Part shown: piece by piece, positions 9,201 to 19,425 of the stretch
Layout: each line of letters begins with the position of its first letter
Position numbering within the stretch: the stretch's first letter is position 1
Origin: Leptospirales bacterium
Lineage (GTDB): Bacteria > Spirochaetota > Leptospiria > Turneriellales > JAOUFE01
NCBI GenBank assembly: GCA_040326155.1
Contig: JBEQLE010000025.1
Location: 1-46,649 of the forward strand
DNA length: 46,649 nucleotides
Direction: 5' to 3'
The notes under the pieces: generated by a model
The model's input: only the letters and a program-made list of their open reading frames with translations
Databases searched by the model: none
What the model was told of the DNA's origin: nothing
Translations under genes and position numbers: made by a program

Positions 9201-9820
9201 CATTAAGTAAGTCTACCATTGTTCACCTGACCGACACCGATGACGGAATTAGCTCGGAACGTTATGTCAGCATCATGGGAGTCATCGAAAGTGTAAAATC
9301 GATTACGACGCGACGCGGTTCCACATTTTTGTCCATTACACTTTCTGACTTAAGCGGTCGAGCCGAAGTTCGCGTTTTTGAAAAGACACAAAAACAAACA
9401 GAAGTTCCTCTTGTTGAAAACGAAATTATTATTATAGACGCTAAAATTACAGCCTACCGCGACTCGGACCCCGCGACCATTTCTATCTCGGCCAATAAAA
9501 TTGAGTCTGCTGAAAAGCTAATGGATAAAGTAGATAAAAGCCTTCATCTGTTGCTGGACGCTGCCGACGTGTTCGAAATGAAAAATATGATTCAAGAACT
9601 GAAAAAAGTTTTTCTAAGCTTTCGAGGCGATAATCCGGTTCATCTGCACTATCGGGACGGTGATCAAATTAAAGATATTAAAGCGCACAATATGTTTTTC
9701 GTCAAATACACTCCCGAGCTTACCGATGAATTAAAAAGTATTCTGAAAGGCGAACAGCATATTGCCTGGCAGGTCGCCGACAAAGTAAATTTCGTTGAAG
9801 AAGTTCACAGCATTGCTTAG
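6278..9820 (+). CDS. dnaE: DNA polymerase III alpha subunit
   Basis: PHP domain [13 protein letters not shown] and [46 protein letters not shown]-terminal OB fold. No intein. Start may be 6293. Confidence 0.98.
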   Translation: MPVDIMSFSPDEAKFSEKFTHLHLHTVYSLLDGAIRIKDLMKHVKEAGMDSVAITDHGNMFGAIEFYKAAKAEGIKPIIGSEFYISPGSMSEKKNAEGVADGNAYHMVLLAKNHAGYKNLLKLSSRSYLDGFYRKPRIDYELLAKHSEGLIGTSACLAGEINRKILRNKMDEATDLAIHLNKIFGQGNFFLEIQNHGIPEQAIAAKGAVEIHKKTGIPLVLTNDSHFLRKEDQKAQDIMLRIQMNKKLEDPLAFGFNDEFYVKSPSEMAELFPELPEAYNNTNVIADMVDLELTFGVPLFPHFETPDKSSLPDYLHKLVYSGLEDLYPSGITEKYRERAEYELGVIGNMGYEGYFLIVADFIQHAKKVGIPVGPGRGSAAGSIVAYALGITAIDPLKYDLLFERFLNPARNEMPDIDIDFCRDRREEIIQYVIDKYGESHVSQIITFGTLSAKAVIKDVARVMGFDFTEMNTLSKNLPDTPGISLEDAVENSPEAKAFFKKGEREQTLWNVAKTLEGIPRNSGKHAAGVVIAPEPLEEIIPVAKDTKTGSVISQFEKNDLETVGLVKMDFLGLKNLTIIQRALDEIVVRKDTKIDINKIPLDDPRPYKLIQTGKTKGIFQLENSGMTRLLMRSKPSQFEDIIACIALYRPGPLESGMTEEYVLRKNGEAPVTYPHKSLEPILKDTFGTMIYQEQVMLISQIVAGFTMAEADTLRKAMGKKKMDVMAQLKKQFVDQSVEREHKADWAGKLFDNMAEFGKYGFNKSHSAAYGLITYQTAYLKALYPAEFMKATLDSDIENTEKLIGFIHESRAMGISILPPDINQSNEYFTIIEEKQIRYGLLGLKGVGRAAVESVVEARKDGPFKDVVDFATRVDYKQLNKKLLEALIFSGAFDTLGYTRAGLHSCMEEILSFGQSTQKDKENGQDNLFGGEELTDGAIFSVPDIPEGDSRKKLLLERQTLGLYLTSHPLDQYNETLSKSTIVHLTDTDDGISSERYVSIMGVIESVKSITTRRGSTFLSITLSDLSGRAEVRVFEKTQKQTEVPLVENEIIIIDAKITAYRDSDPATISISANKIESAEKLMDKVDKSLHLLLDAADVFEMKNMIQELKKVFLSFRGDNPVHLHYRDGDQIKDIKAHNMFFVKYTPELTDELKSILKGEQHIAWQVADKVNFVEEVHSIA

Positions 9821-9848
9821 GTAAAGAATCTGGCAGACTTCGCCCGTT

Positions 9849-10427
9849 TTAGTTTAAAATAATTTCTTCCAAAGATCGTTTCGGCACATGGTGAATTTCG
9901 TTTTCACTTCGCCAGTATTTTACACTGCCGCTTTTATCCATCGGCTCCAGAACAACTTCTTCTTTAGGTTTACCGAGCGCCACGACCAGAAGAACATCTA
10001 GTTTATCAGAAATATTAAGTTGCTCTTTTAATGTTTCTTTTTGTATATTGGCGACGATACAACCACCAAGATTTTTTTCGACAGCCCCAAGCAAAATACT
10101 CTGGGCGGCAAATCCATGGTCGCAGCCTGGAATTCCAATATTTGTATCAGCCATTATGACGATATATGCCGATGGTCTTTCGCCAGGTGAAGGCCCGTCC
10201 CACTCTTTTAGGTACCCAGCCCAACGCAATTGTTGGAATATTTTTTCATTTGTAATTGCGTCGTTCGATAAAAAATAACGAAGCGGTTGCAGATTTGCCG
10301 CAGAAGGACTTAACCGAGCCAGTTCCACAAACTGCAAAAGGGAATCTCTTTCAATTGTAAATTCTTGATAGAACCGTCGATAACTTCGATTTTTTATCGC
10401 CAATCTGCTCAGCAATGAATTATTCAT
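9849..10427 (-). CDS. Nitroreductase family protein
   Basis: RSYRRF, ARLSPSAANLQP, LGGC, LGKP, HHVPKR motifs. Confidence 0.92.
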   Translation of the reverse strand: MNNSLLSRLAIKNRSYRRFYQEFTIERDSLLQFVELARLSPSAANLQPLRYFLSNDAITNEKIFQQLRWAGYLKEWDGPSPGERPSAYIVIMADTNIGIPGCDHGFAAQSILLGAVEKNLGGCIVANIQKETLKEQLNISDKLDVLLVVALGKPKEEVVLEPMDKSGSVKYWRSENEIHHVPKRSLEEIILN

Positions 10428-12537
10428 AAGTAAAGCTTTTATTCAGTTTCTCATCGAAATATTTAAACAGCTTTTCTTCAGGCATAGGCCGACTAATGTA
10501 ATACCCTTGAACCATGTCGCAATACATACTGGCCAGCATGTTCATTTGGTCTTTGTTTTCGACGCCTTCGCCAATTGCTTTCTTTTTAAGACTGTGTGAC
10601 ATGGCAATAATGGCCATTACAATAGAGCGGTCCGATTCACTATGTACAATATTTCGTATAAAAGACTGATCAATTTTAATAAAGTCAATAGGCAGATTTT
10701 TTAAATATGTTAAAGAAGAGTAACCCGTTCCAAAATCGTCCAGAGCGAGTAATATTCCCAGGTCTTGCAAATCCATTAACGTCGCAACCGCTTTCTCGCG
10801 GTTTTCCAAAAGAATACTTTCGGTAATTTCAATTTTCAATTTATTATCGTGACAAGGAAATCGCCTTTGAATTTCTTTAATCTTTTTCAAAAGAGAACCC
10901 TCGTGAAACTGGGTAGCCGCAAAATTAATCGCCATATACAATGGCTTATAACCCAATGCCGACCAGGAGGCCATTTTCTCCATAGCCGTTTCCATAACCC
11001 ATTCACCGATATCGATAATCTGTCCGGTTTTTTCAGCAAGCGGAATAAATTTACCCGGCAACAAAAGACCACGAACCGGATGGTTCCACCGAATAAGAGC
11101 TTCGACACCGGTAATTCGTTCAATATTCAAATCAACCTGGGGTTGAAAATAGAGTTCGAGTTCCCCATTATCGATCGCTTTTCTCAAGTCATTTTCCAGC
11201 TCCAGAGTTTCTCTCGACTCCTGAGTCATCTCAGAAATAAAAAACTCGAAACGGTTCACGCCCAGATCTTTAGCGCGATGCAACGCTGTGTCCGCATCGC
11301 GTAAAACTTCTCCGGTTACGGCAGATTCCCCTTCTGTGTAACACTTCACTCCGATACTGGCGGTAAGTTTTAACTGATGGTCTGAAATCTCAAAAGAACG
11401 TTCCAGGTCTTTTTTTATTGTTTTAATATAATAACTGATTTCTGCAACAGTGTGAGCCCTTTCGTTTATAATGCCAAATTCATCTCCCGTTAGTCTGGCG
11501 AGCGTATCGGCTTCCCCTATTGTTTTTCGTAACCGTTTACCCAGCATATTAATCAACTCATCGCCAAGTTCATGACCAAGCGATTCGTTAATAATCTGAA
11601 ATCGGTCAATATCGAGAATTAAAACGGAAAAAAGCACTTCATGTTTTTGGTTGTCGGTTGTTTCCCACCTGTTTAAAGCGGTATGAACTCGATCTAAAAA
11701 TAGTTCGCGGTTCGGTAAACCTGTCATACTGTCATGCAAAGCATCATAGTGAAGTTGTTGTTCATAAAGTTTCTGATCTGTAATATCTTCGACAATTACA
11801 ATTATAAACCCTTCGTTATCGGCGCTGCCGGGAACCTTAGAGACACTTAAACGCGCCCACACCGGCGAACCGGAACGTGAAACAAGCTTTGTATTATACC
11901 GAGCCTTCGACTGATTTTTTTCTAGAAAGTAATGAAAGAAATTTTCGATCTTATTTTTGTCGTCGGGATGAATAAAATCTGGAACAAAATTACCCTGAAC
12001 TTTAATTTCCAGTTTCCCAACCATTTTATTCAAAGTTGTGTTATGTTCAATGATCACGCCCGAAAGGCTCATTACCATAACACCCACCGCAGAATTATCG
12101 AAAATAGCTTTAAAGTGAGTCTGGCTGTCACGCAACCTGGATTGAATAGCCATTCGCTCTTCAAGAGCCTGGGCCCTGGTATCTAAAATTTTTATTCGAC
12201 GTCGCAATTGTTCAACGCCGACCGGTTTTATCTGGTAGTCGTCCACTCCACGGCTAATGGCAATATCAATTTCTTTGTTATCTTCCGTACCCGACAACAT
12301 TAAAATTACGGCATACTCATGATAAATATCCCTGATTTTACCGGTCAGAGTAAGGCCGTCCATTCCCGGCATTCGCCAATCAACAATATATATACTGTAA
12401 TGCGTTTTTTGAATTTTCTCCCATGCCTTCACGGGATCAGAAAAAGTATCGTAGGGATACTTCATTGATTTCAACACAGCCCCAATTATAGAAAGACTTA
12501 CATCATCATCATCAATGACTATGGCTCGTTTTTTCAT
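10420..12537 (-). CDS. REC-PAS-GGDEF-EAL c-di-GMP signalling protein
   Basis: REC (VIDDD, VDWRMPGMDG), PAS (FIHPDD), GGDEF variant RLTGDEF, intact EAL and DDFGTGYSSL. Confidence 0.93.
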   Translation of the reverse strand: MKKRAIVIDDDDVSLSIIGAVLKSMKYPYDTFSDPVKAWEKIQKTHYSIYIVDWRMPGMDGLTLTGKIRDIYHEYAVILMLSGTEDNKEIDIAISRGVDDYQIKPVGVEQLRRRIKILDTRAQALEERMAIQSRLRDSQTHFKAIFDNSAVGVMVMSLSGVIIEHNTTLNKMVGKLEIKVQGNFVPDFIHPDDKNKIENFFHYFLEKNQSKARYNTKLVSRSGSPVWARLSVSKVPGSADNEGFIIVIVEDITDQKLYEQQLHYDALHDSMTGLPNRELFLDRVHTALNRWETTDNQKHEVLFSVLILDIDRFQIINESLGHELGDELINMLGKRLRKTIGEADTLARLTGDEFGIINERAHTVAEISYYIKTIKKDLERSFEISDHQLKLTASIGVKCYTEGESAVTGEVLRDADTALHRAKDLGVNRFEFFISEMTQESRETLELENDLRKAIDNGELELYFQPQVDLNIERITGVEALIRWNHPVRGLLLPGKFIPLAEKTGQIIDIGEWVMETAMEKMASWSALGYKPLYMAINFAATQFHEGSLLKKIKEIQRRFPCHDNKLKIEITESILLENREKAVATLMDLQDLGILLALDDFGTGYSSLTYLKNLPIDFIKIDQSFIRNIVHSESDRSIVMAIIAMSHSLKKKAIGEGVENKDQMNMLASMYCDMVQGYYISRPMPEEKLFKYFDEKLNKSFTYE

Positions 12538-13842
12538 TTAAATCTTCTTAATAACTCCAATAGAGCGCAACAGTGGAAATGCGGGCTCTCCGCCGATCAT
12601 AATAAATACCCTGTCATTTTCCAACTCGCGAGACTGCCCATTAATATCCAGAGTTACTATAGTATCGGTAATTTCAGTAGCTTGGGATTGAAAGAAAACT
12701 TTAATCTTCCCTTTATTTATAGCATTCTTTATTTTTTTTGCGTTCCCATCTTTAATTCGTATGAATTGTTCCTTACGATACGACATTGTGACCGTATTGT
12801 TCTCACATAAAGCGATGGCCGCTTCAACAGCTGAGTCACCGCCACCGACAACAAGAATATCTTTATTTGCATACTCATCGGGGTCTATGAGGCCATACGT
12901 CACTTTCGACTTATCTTCACCTTCAATACCAAGTTTTCGAGGAGTTCCGCGTCTACCCAGACACAATATGACTTTAGCAGACTTGTATTTGTCTTTGTCT
13001 GTTTGGATGATAAAATCATCGCCATCAGAAACAACCGATTCGACCGCCTCACCAACATGAATATTCAACTTGTGTTTTTCAACAAGGGTTGTCCAGATAT
13101 CTAAAAGTTCTTCTTTTCGAATCTCTTTACGTTTTAAAATACCGTAAAGGGGAATTTTAACAGGCGAAGTCATAACCATTTTTTGTTTTGGATATTTTGC
13201 AACGGTTCCGCCAATTTCACCTTGCTCTATAGTTAAATATTTAAGTTTTTTCTCATGCGCCGCTAGAGTGGCTGATAATCCGGATGGTCCAATTCCAATA
13301 ATGATAACGTCAAATTGCTTATCCGATTTTTTGCTTTTTTTCCCTTTTTTATTTTTGAGGCTCTCTACTATATTATGTATAACTGTCTCACCTTGTTCTA
13401 TGGCATTTTTTACCAGCGGTACGCCACTTAATTCACCGGCTATATAAATTCCTGGAATTACAGTCTCTTGTTTTTTGGTAAGCACAGGCATATTCGGGTC
13501 ATTAGCCAGCTCTCCCAGAGAAACGGTCATTGCTCCGGTTGGACACTCTGTTTCACAGGTGGCATGGCCGACGCACTTTTCAGGTTGAACAAGAACTATT
13601 TTTCCGTTTACAATTCCCAAAGGGGAATCGTCATCATGAGTTTCAGGGCAGGCTCGTATGCAAGAGCCGCAAACAATACAAATGGAATGGTCAATCTGAG
13701 GATGCCTTGTAATCGGTTTTCTTTTTACTCCGGCCTCATATTTTAACTTAGATTTTTTTCCAAATTGTCCCAAAAAGGAAAAATTATATAACAGCAACGC
13801 AATAATTATAAGCCCGACAAAGGCGTAAATAAGGTACTCCAT
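12538..13842 (-). CDS. Membrane-anchored 4Fe-4S dicluster / thioredoxin-reductase-like FAD-NAD(P) oxidoreductase
   Basis: N-terminal TM; CIVCGSCIRACP and CVGHATCETECP; GIGPSG and GGGDSA dinucleotide motifs. Confidence 0.85.
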   Translation of the reverse strand: MEYLIYAFVGLIIIALLLYNFSFLGQFGKKSKLKYEAGVKRKPITRHPQIDHSICIVCGSCIRACPETHDDDSPLGIVNGKIVLVQPEKCVGHATCETECPTGAMTVSLGELANDPNMPVLTKKQETVIPGIYIAGELSGVPLVKNAIEQGETVIHNIVESLKNKKGKKSKKSDKQFDVIIIGIGPSGLSATLAAHEKKLKYLTIEQGEIGGTVAKYPKQKMVMTSPVKIPLYGILKRKEIRKEELLDIWTTLVEKHKLNIHVGEAVESVVSDGDDFIIQTDKDKYKSAKVILCLGRRGTPRKLGIEGEDKSKVTYGLIDPDEYANKDILVVGGGDSAVEAAIALCENNTVTMSYRKEQFIRIKDGNAKKIKNAINKGKIKVFFQSQATEITDTIVTLDINGQSRELENDRVFIMIGGEPAFPLLRSIGVIKKI

Positions 13843-13891
13843 GGAACCAAGTCTATGATCGGATACACCTTATAAACAACTAAAAAACCGC

Positions 13892-14380
13892 TTAATGAGC
13901 ATGTAATTCGGCCATATCATCTACCTTATTTAAAACAGCATCATCCAGTAATCTGGTAATTCTTTTGACATGGGAACACTCCATTTCTTCGAGTTGTTTT
14001 AAAACGCCAATAAGACTACCAATCGCGACCTTACCAAGTTCCCTGTAATATTCAACTGCAACTTCTTCCATTCGCAAAGCAAAGCGAAGAACATGTTCCA
14101 AATCAGGTTTGTTGGCAAACTCGGGACTCTCACCAAACATTCTTATAGGTGAAAAATCGATCTTTAGAACCTGCACTCTAAAGTCCTCTGGACTAGAAGC
14201 TTCCAGCCTCGTAATCAACTTTTGGTGTACCGCCTCTTCTTCTGCTAATTGCAAAAAGACCATCTGGCCATCGCTGCCTTCATACTCCTTTGCCGCACTA
14301 CGGTAAAAATACTCCGACTTTTTTTCAAGCTCCATAGCCTCATCTAAAATTCTTTCTATAGAAGTAGCTTTCTTTTCCAT
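13892..14380 (-). CDS. Rubrerythrin/ferritin-like protein
   Basis: AMELE..SEYFY...LAEEEAVH and ALRMEE.AVEYY...EMECSH (two ExxH motifs). AAGGAG RBS. Confidence 0.85.
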   Translation of the reverse strand: MEKKATSIERILDEAMELEKKSEYFYRSAAKEYEGSDGQMVFLQLAEEEAVHQKLITRLEASSPEDFRVQVLKIDFSPIRMFGESPEFANKPDLEHVLRFALRMEEVAVEYYRELGKVAIGSLIGVLKQLEEMECSHVKRITRLLDDAVLNKVDDMAELHAH

Positions 14381-14760
14381 AATAGATCTCCTTTTAAGTC
14401 AATATAGATAAGACGATGATAAATCGGTTTTACAACAATAAAATGTTTAAAATAATTCACTCTAGTGAAACTGGAAAATCTGGCAGATGGACAGACCGGT
14501 TTATAAAAAAATTCACTTTTTTTATAACAACTCAATAATATCAGGTTTGAGTGAAAAAAAAACGAATTTTGACACATTACCTTTATAAAGAGCAATGCAT
14601 GTTATTGGGAATAAATTCTTGGTTTTCCGAAAAAGCGATTTGACAGTACAAATCGATTGATTTTAATTTATTTCCTGATTAATAGTAAGAGAAAACATTT
14701 GAACAATTTAAAAAACTGTAAACAAAAACTCTACCCTGAACAAAAACATGAGGAATTCGC

Positions 14761-15432
14761 ATGATTCAAGAAGCAATCGATGTCGGTAAGCTTTTTAAAG
14801 AGGCTTCCGGGGAAGAAGATTTTTTTCTCGGCTCTTATATAACCAAAAAGCTGAAAACATTAGAAGGATACAAAAAGGGTTCCCATTTTATACCTAAAAT
14901 GCATACCCCGGCCGTCGACCGATTTATTGCCAAAGCTGCCATGCAAGAAATTCAAGCTGAAGGTGAAGCGACGGTTTCTCGCCTGCGCGACGCCATGAAT
15001 TTAAACAGCGATGAATACTCTTATGAAGCTCGCGAAGAAGGAGTTTTCTTCTCCTGTGCATATTGCCGATACCAGATTAACGCTGTAATTGACGAAAACG
15101 ACCTGTCGCAAATACTATTTATCGATAAACTTTTTCCCGCCGATACCGGGTTGTTTAAAGAAAAGTTTCCTGAAATACAAAGTTGCCTTCCTTTTCAAAA
15201 CTATACCGCTAATTTTATTCTGGCCTCACCCATATCGCTGGAAAATGTATTGAAACTTATGGAAGAAGATCCGAATGGAAACGATCTCTATTCTTTCGAA
15301 TACCCTGTGGACAAATCGGTTATTCATATATACCTTAAGACCGAAGGATTAAGGGTGACCCTGCAAGACGGCGAAGCCAATGTACAGTTTCCCGACCGAG
15401 AAATTGTACACAAGTATATAGACTGCTTATAA
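14761..15432 (+). CDS. Hypothetical protein
   Basis: 223-aa ORF with GAGG RBS, 15 bp upstream of the cyclase gene. Confidence 0.75.
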   Translation: MIQEAIDVGKLFKEASGEEDFFLGSYITKKLKTLEGYKKGSHFIPKMHTPAVDRFIAKAAMQEIQAEGEATVSRLRDAMNLNSDEYSYEAREEGVFFSCAYCRYQINAVIDENDLSQILFIDKLFPADTGLFKEKFPEIQSCLPFQNYTANFILASPISLENVLKLMEEDPNGNDLYSFEYPVDKSVIHIYLKTEGLRVTLQDGEANVQFPDREIVHKYIDCL

Positions 15433-15447
15433 CGAGATGAAAACGCT

Positions 15448-18400
15448 ATGAAACCGGAAACACTATACCCACACTTTATTTTTGACCATTATTCAGCCGG
15501 AGAGACCAGCGGAGAAATTGACGCAGGTATTTTATTTTTTGACATCGCCGGTTTTACCGCTATTACGGAAACACTTTTAAATCAGGGTAACCAGGGAGTT
15601 GAAATACTGACCGATATCATTAACCAGATTTACGATCCTGTTATTAAGGTTGTTTATCGTTATGGCGGTTTCGTTGCCTCCTTTGCAGGCGACGCTTTTA
15701 CTGCCGTATTTACCGATGGAATCGATTCGACTCTTGCCGCAACGGCCAAAATACAAAACATAATAGAAAAAAGATCAAAAGATTTTTTCAAAGAATATAA
15801 CTTGTCCATTCAGGCGAAACAAAGCCTATCGTATGGTATATTAAACTGGGGAGTAGCCGGGAACCGAAAAAAAGCGTTTTATTTTAGTGGGGAAACATTA
15901 AGCAACACGGCAAGTTTACAATCTTTTATAGAACCCGGTCAAATTATAACAGACCCGGCGACCGCATTGCTGATAAAAAACAAAGCTGTTATTCATGATG
16001 TACCGGGCGCAGAAGCTAAAACAGTTGAAAAAATAACAGTAAGCGTAGAAGAACAAAATAAAAACTTAATTGAATATACTTACAAAGCCATTATCGGAGA
16101 TTTCATTCCGGAAGAACTTGCCGGTATTAACATTAAAAATGAATTTCGAGTCATTGCTAGCGTATTTATAGAATACATCGGAAACCCTTCGGCGAAACGT
16201 CTTGATAGGTTCATTGTGTCCTTAATGGATTTTGCATATGAGTATGGCGGTTATTTCAGTGGTTTAGACTTTACCGACAAAGGGAAAATCGCTCTTATAC
16301 AATTTGGGTTGCCAAGAACACATGAAGATGATATGCGCCGGGCTGTACAGTTTTCGAAAATGATTACCAAAACATTTGGTGAAAAAGTTCGCATAGGTCT
16401 GACCAGCGGGCCCGCTTTTGCCGGAATAATCGGTTCAACCAAAAGAGCATGTTATACCGGTATAGGTGACGCCGTAAATCTTGCCGCGCGGCTAATGCAA
16501 GAATCTGGGCCAGGAAAAATTTCAGTCCCCCAGGATTTTCAAAAAAAGTTTGGGACCGGATACGCAGTACGGTCCATTGGTAAAAAACAACTGAAAGGAA
16601 AATCAAAAGAGATAGAAATTTTTGAACTCGAAGATATAATTACCGATTCGGAAAGTAAAACCGAGACCGCGTTTATTGAACATGAAAAACAACTCAGCAG
16701 CGCTTGTGATTTTTTTAATGCCACTTTATCTGACAAAACCGGAGGTTTTCTCAGCATATTCGGAGGACCGGGAAGCGGGAAGTCCCGTATGGCAAAAGAG
16801 TTAATAAACCAATTGCAACAAACTGCGCAACAACAATACGAGATATGTTTGCTTCCTACAGATTCCATATTGAAAAAAAGTTTAAACCCTTTTAACTTTT
16901 TTTTGAATAATTACTTTTTGCCGACACCTTCGAGTAATGATGACGAGCTCAAAGAAAGTTTTCAAAAAAAGCTACACGAGATTATAGGCCTTGCGCAGAA
17001 AAATTCTGATGAACGAAAAGTCAAAATTGCGTGCCAGCGTCTGAATTTACGCGCTTCCTGTCTGGGCGCTATAATAGGTATTTTCTGGCCAAAGTCTTTC
17101 TACGATAAGCTTGACCCACAGGGCAAAGCCGAAAATGTTCTAGTTGCATTGACAGAGTTTTTCAGGGTTCTAACGTACGTCGTTCACCCGGTACTTCTAA
17201 TTGAAGATGCCCATAATCTCGATAAAGATTCACTGACACTTTTAAATCGTCTATTTTCTATTCATGAATCGCGACCGTTGTCCATTATACTTACTGCTAG
17301 AATCTCCGGCGAAGACGATATCAGCAAATTCGTGAAAGATGAAAATTATAGCTCTATAACATTAGAACCTTTTACAAAAGATGAAACCGGTATTTTTATT
17401 GAGCAGTTAATTGCAAAAAAAGTAAGCGAAAGTCTAACCGGTCTGGTGTACGAAAAGTCGAAAGGAAACCCATTTTACATTGAACAATTTACCCGCTTTC
17501 TCTCGAATCGAGGTTTATTGAAAGAAAAATCAGGGCAGACCACGCTCGAAAGTTTCCCTGACGATTTACCGGACACAATCTCTTCGCTGCTGGTTTCCAA
17601 GATTGATAATCTGCCTCAAAATATTCGCAATGTTGTTAAAATATCATCCGTAATTGGCAATGCCGTAAAAATGGAAGTTCTCGCCAAAGTTATGGGAATA
17701 GAAGAAGAGGAACTTGAAATTCTTGCCATTCGAGCCGAAAGAGAGAAAATCTGGATTAAAGCGGGTGAGCAAAGATATATATTTGAAAGTGACATTTTCA
17801 GACAGGCCGCATACAATATGCATCTGGGCAAAGAGTTAAAACAGATTCACCGTCGTGTTGCTGAAACACTCGATGGAATATATTACAATGTTCCTATTTA
17901 TTTTGCCGATATCGCATATCACTATAAAAAGGCTGAGGACAAAAGAGCAAAGAACAGTTATTATCGAGTTGCCCGCTTTACCAGAGACACGTATAAAAAT
18001 CACAAAGCGCTTGAATTTTATGATGAAATTCTCTCACTGGAGGTATCTGAGGCGGAAAGGCTCAATGTCGATTTCGATAAAGCCGGCGTATTAGAGACGA
18101 TTGGAAACTGGAAAAAAGCCCTGGCCCTTCTCACCGGAGGAATAGATAAAGCGGAAAAGCTTGAACTTCATGATATTCAGGCAAAATATGCGGTTAAAAC
18201 CGGAGAGATCTATCAGAAACAATCGGATTATCCGTCTGCGCAATCAATTTTACTGCAAACCATTAACCAACTGGTTTTTTCTAAACTGGACAAAGAAGGT
18301 TTTAAACTTCTGGGGGACGCTTACCAGTGGCTTGGCAGAACGCTATGGAGTTTAGGTAATTTCAATGACTCGTTGCTGGCCTATTATAAGTCGCAAGTCT

Positions 18401-19362
18401 ATTTCGGGAAAAGCAGCAGCCAGCACGGCGAGGCTCTCTCCCTGTATTATATCGGGGTTGATTATCGCGATAAAGGAAATCATAATAAAGCTCTAGAATT
18501 TTATGAAAAGTCTCTGGCAATTTTCGAAGAACTGGACGACAAAAGGTTCATTACCTATCCATTATATGATATTGGTTTATTGTACCAGTACAAAGGCGAC
18601 CTGGATGCATCTAAAAAATCTTTTCAGGGGGTTTATGAGATTTACGAGGAAATTGGTTACAAGTCAGGTTTAAGCGCAGCATTGCTTAACCTGGCCAAAA
18701 TTGAAGAAAAATCGGGTAAATTTGCGGAAGCAAAAAAAGAGTATATGGAATCTCTTGTTATTGCTCGTGAACTGGGCGAAAAACTTGCCATCGCTTATAC
18801 ACTTTTTACTCTTTCCGCTTTAGAATACCTCGAAAATAATTGTGAAAAAGCTGTTGAGTATGCGAAAGAGTCGTTGACTTTAATGTCGAAAATTGGAGCC
18901 AAAGGTTACTACGGTTATGTACTTTCTTATCTTGCCTGTATCTATTTTAAAATGGGCAAGTACAATATGGCTTTAAAAGCGGCATTAAAGCATCTGCGAA
19001 ATATTAAAGACGTCGGTTCTGATGTAGAGCACGGTAGAACTTTTTATGCGATTGCCCGTACTATGGAGCAGGTTGACCCTGAAAACCCCGGGAAGTATGT
19101 GAATCGATATATGCAGGCTATCTATAAAGAGACGGAATTCGACCATGACCCGGAAAAATATTTTCATAAAGCAATTAAATTTGCCTTAAAAGCCGACTAT
19201 GTAAACACCCTTCTACCAACTCTGCGCCACTATGGAAATTTTCTGAGCCAGAAAGAACGTAAAAAAGAAGCGGTTAAATTCTGGAAAAAGGCATTAAAGA
19301 TAGCAAATGAAAAAGGTTATCTAATAGAAAAGCAAAAACTCGAAAAACTATTATCTTCCTGA
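15448..19362 (+). CDS. Tandem class III nucleotide cyclase - STAND ATPase - TPR protein
   Basis: Cyclase 1 FFDIAGFT/FAGDAF; cyclase 2 DKG/GDAVNLAARL; Walker A GGPGSGKS; Walker B LLIEDAH; GNPFY; C-terminal TPRs. Confidence 0.9.
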   Translation: MKPETLYPHFIFDHYSAGETSGEIDAGILFFDIAGFTAITETLLNQGNQGVEILTDIINQIYDPVIKVVYRYGGFVASFAGDAFTAVFTDGIDSTLAATAKIQNIIEKRSKDFFKEYNLSIQAKQSLSYGILNWGVAGNRKKAFYFSGETLSNTASLQSFIEPGQIITDPATALLIKNKAVIHDVPGAEAKTVEKITVSVEEQNKNLIEYTYKAIIGDFIPEELAGINIKNEFRVIASVFIEYIGNPSAKRLDRFIVSLMDFAYEYGGYFSGLDFTDKGKIALIQFGLPRTHEDDMRRAVQFSKMITKTFGEKVRIGLTSGPAFAGIIGSTKRACYTGIGDAVNLAARLMQESGPGKISVPQDFQKKFGTGYAVRSIGKKQLKGKSKEIEIFELEDIITDSESKTETAFIEHEKQLSSACDFFNATLSDKTGGFLSIFGGPGSGKSRMAKELINQLQQTAQQQYEICLLPTDSILKKSLNPFNFFLNNYFLPTPSSNDDELKESFQKKLHEIIGLAQKNSDERKVKIACQRLNLRASCLGAIIGIFWPKSFYDKLDPQGKAENVLVALTEFFRVLTYVVHPVLLIEDAHNLDKDSLTLLNRLFSIHESRPLSIILTARISGEDDISKFVKDENYSSITLEPFTKDETGIFIEQLIAKKVSESLTGLVYEKSKGNPFYIEQFTRFLSNRGLLKEKSGQTTLESFPDDLPDTISSLLVSKIDNLPQNIRNVVKISSVIGNAVKMEVLAKVMGIEEEELEILAIRAEREKIWIKAGEQRYIFESDIFRQAAYNMHLGKELKQIHRRVAETLDGIYYNVPIYFADIAYHYKKAEDKRAKNSYYRVARFTRDTYKNHKALEFYDEILSLEVSEAERLNVDFDKAGVLETIGNWKKALALLTGGIDKAEKLELHDIQAKYAVKTGEIYQKQSDYPSAQSILLQTINQLVFSKLDKEGFKLLGDAYQWLGRTLWSLGNFNDSLLAYYKSQVYFGKSSSQHGEALSLYYIGVDYRDKGNHNKALEFYEKSLAIFEELDDKRFITYPLYDIGLLYQYKGDLDASKKSFQGVYEIYEEIGYKSGLSAALLNLAKIEEKSGKFAEAKKEYMESLVIARELGEKLAIAYTLFTLSALEYLENNCEKAVEYAKESLTLMSKIGAKGYYGYVLSYLACIYFKMGKYNMALKAALKHLRNIKDVGSDVEHGRTFYAIARTMEQVDPENPGKYVNRYMQAIYKETEFDHDPEKYFHKAIKFALKADYVNTLLPTLRHYGNFLSQKERKKEAVKFWKKALKIANEKGYLIEKQKLEKLLSS

Positions 19363-19375
19363 AGTATTCCAATAA

Positions 19376-19403
19376 AAAAGCCGGACACGAAGGCCCGGCT
19401 TTT
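19376..19403. terminator. Likely bidirectional intrinsic terminator
   Basis: AAAAGCCGG...CCGGCTTTT between convergent genes. Confidence 0.7.
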
Positions 19404-19425
19404 CATTTCAACAGCTTTGTTTCCG

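Noticed and set aside
6278..9820. Intein or split dnaE
   Set aside because: Normal length, continuous motifs and no intein signature
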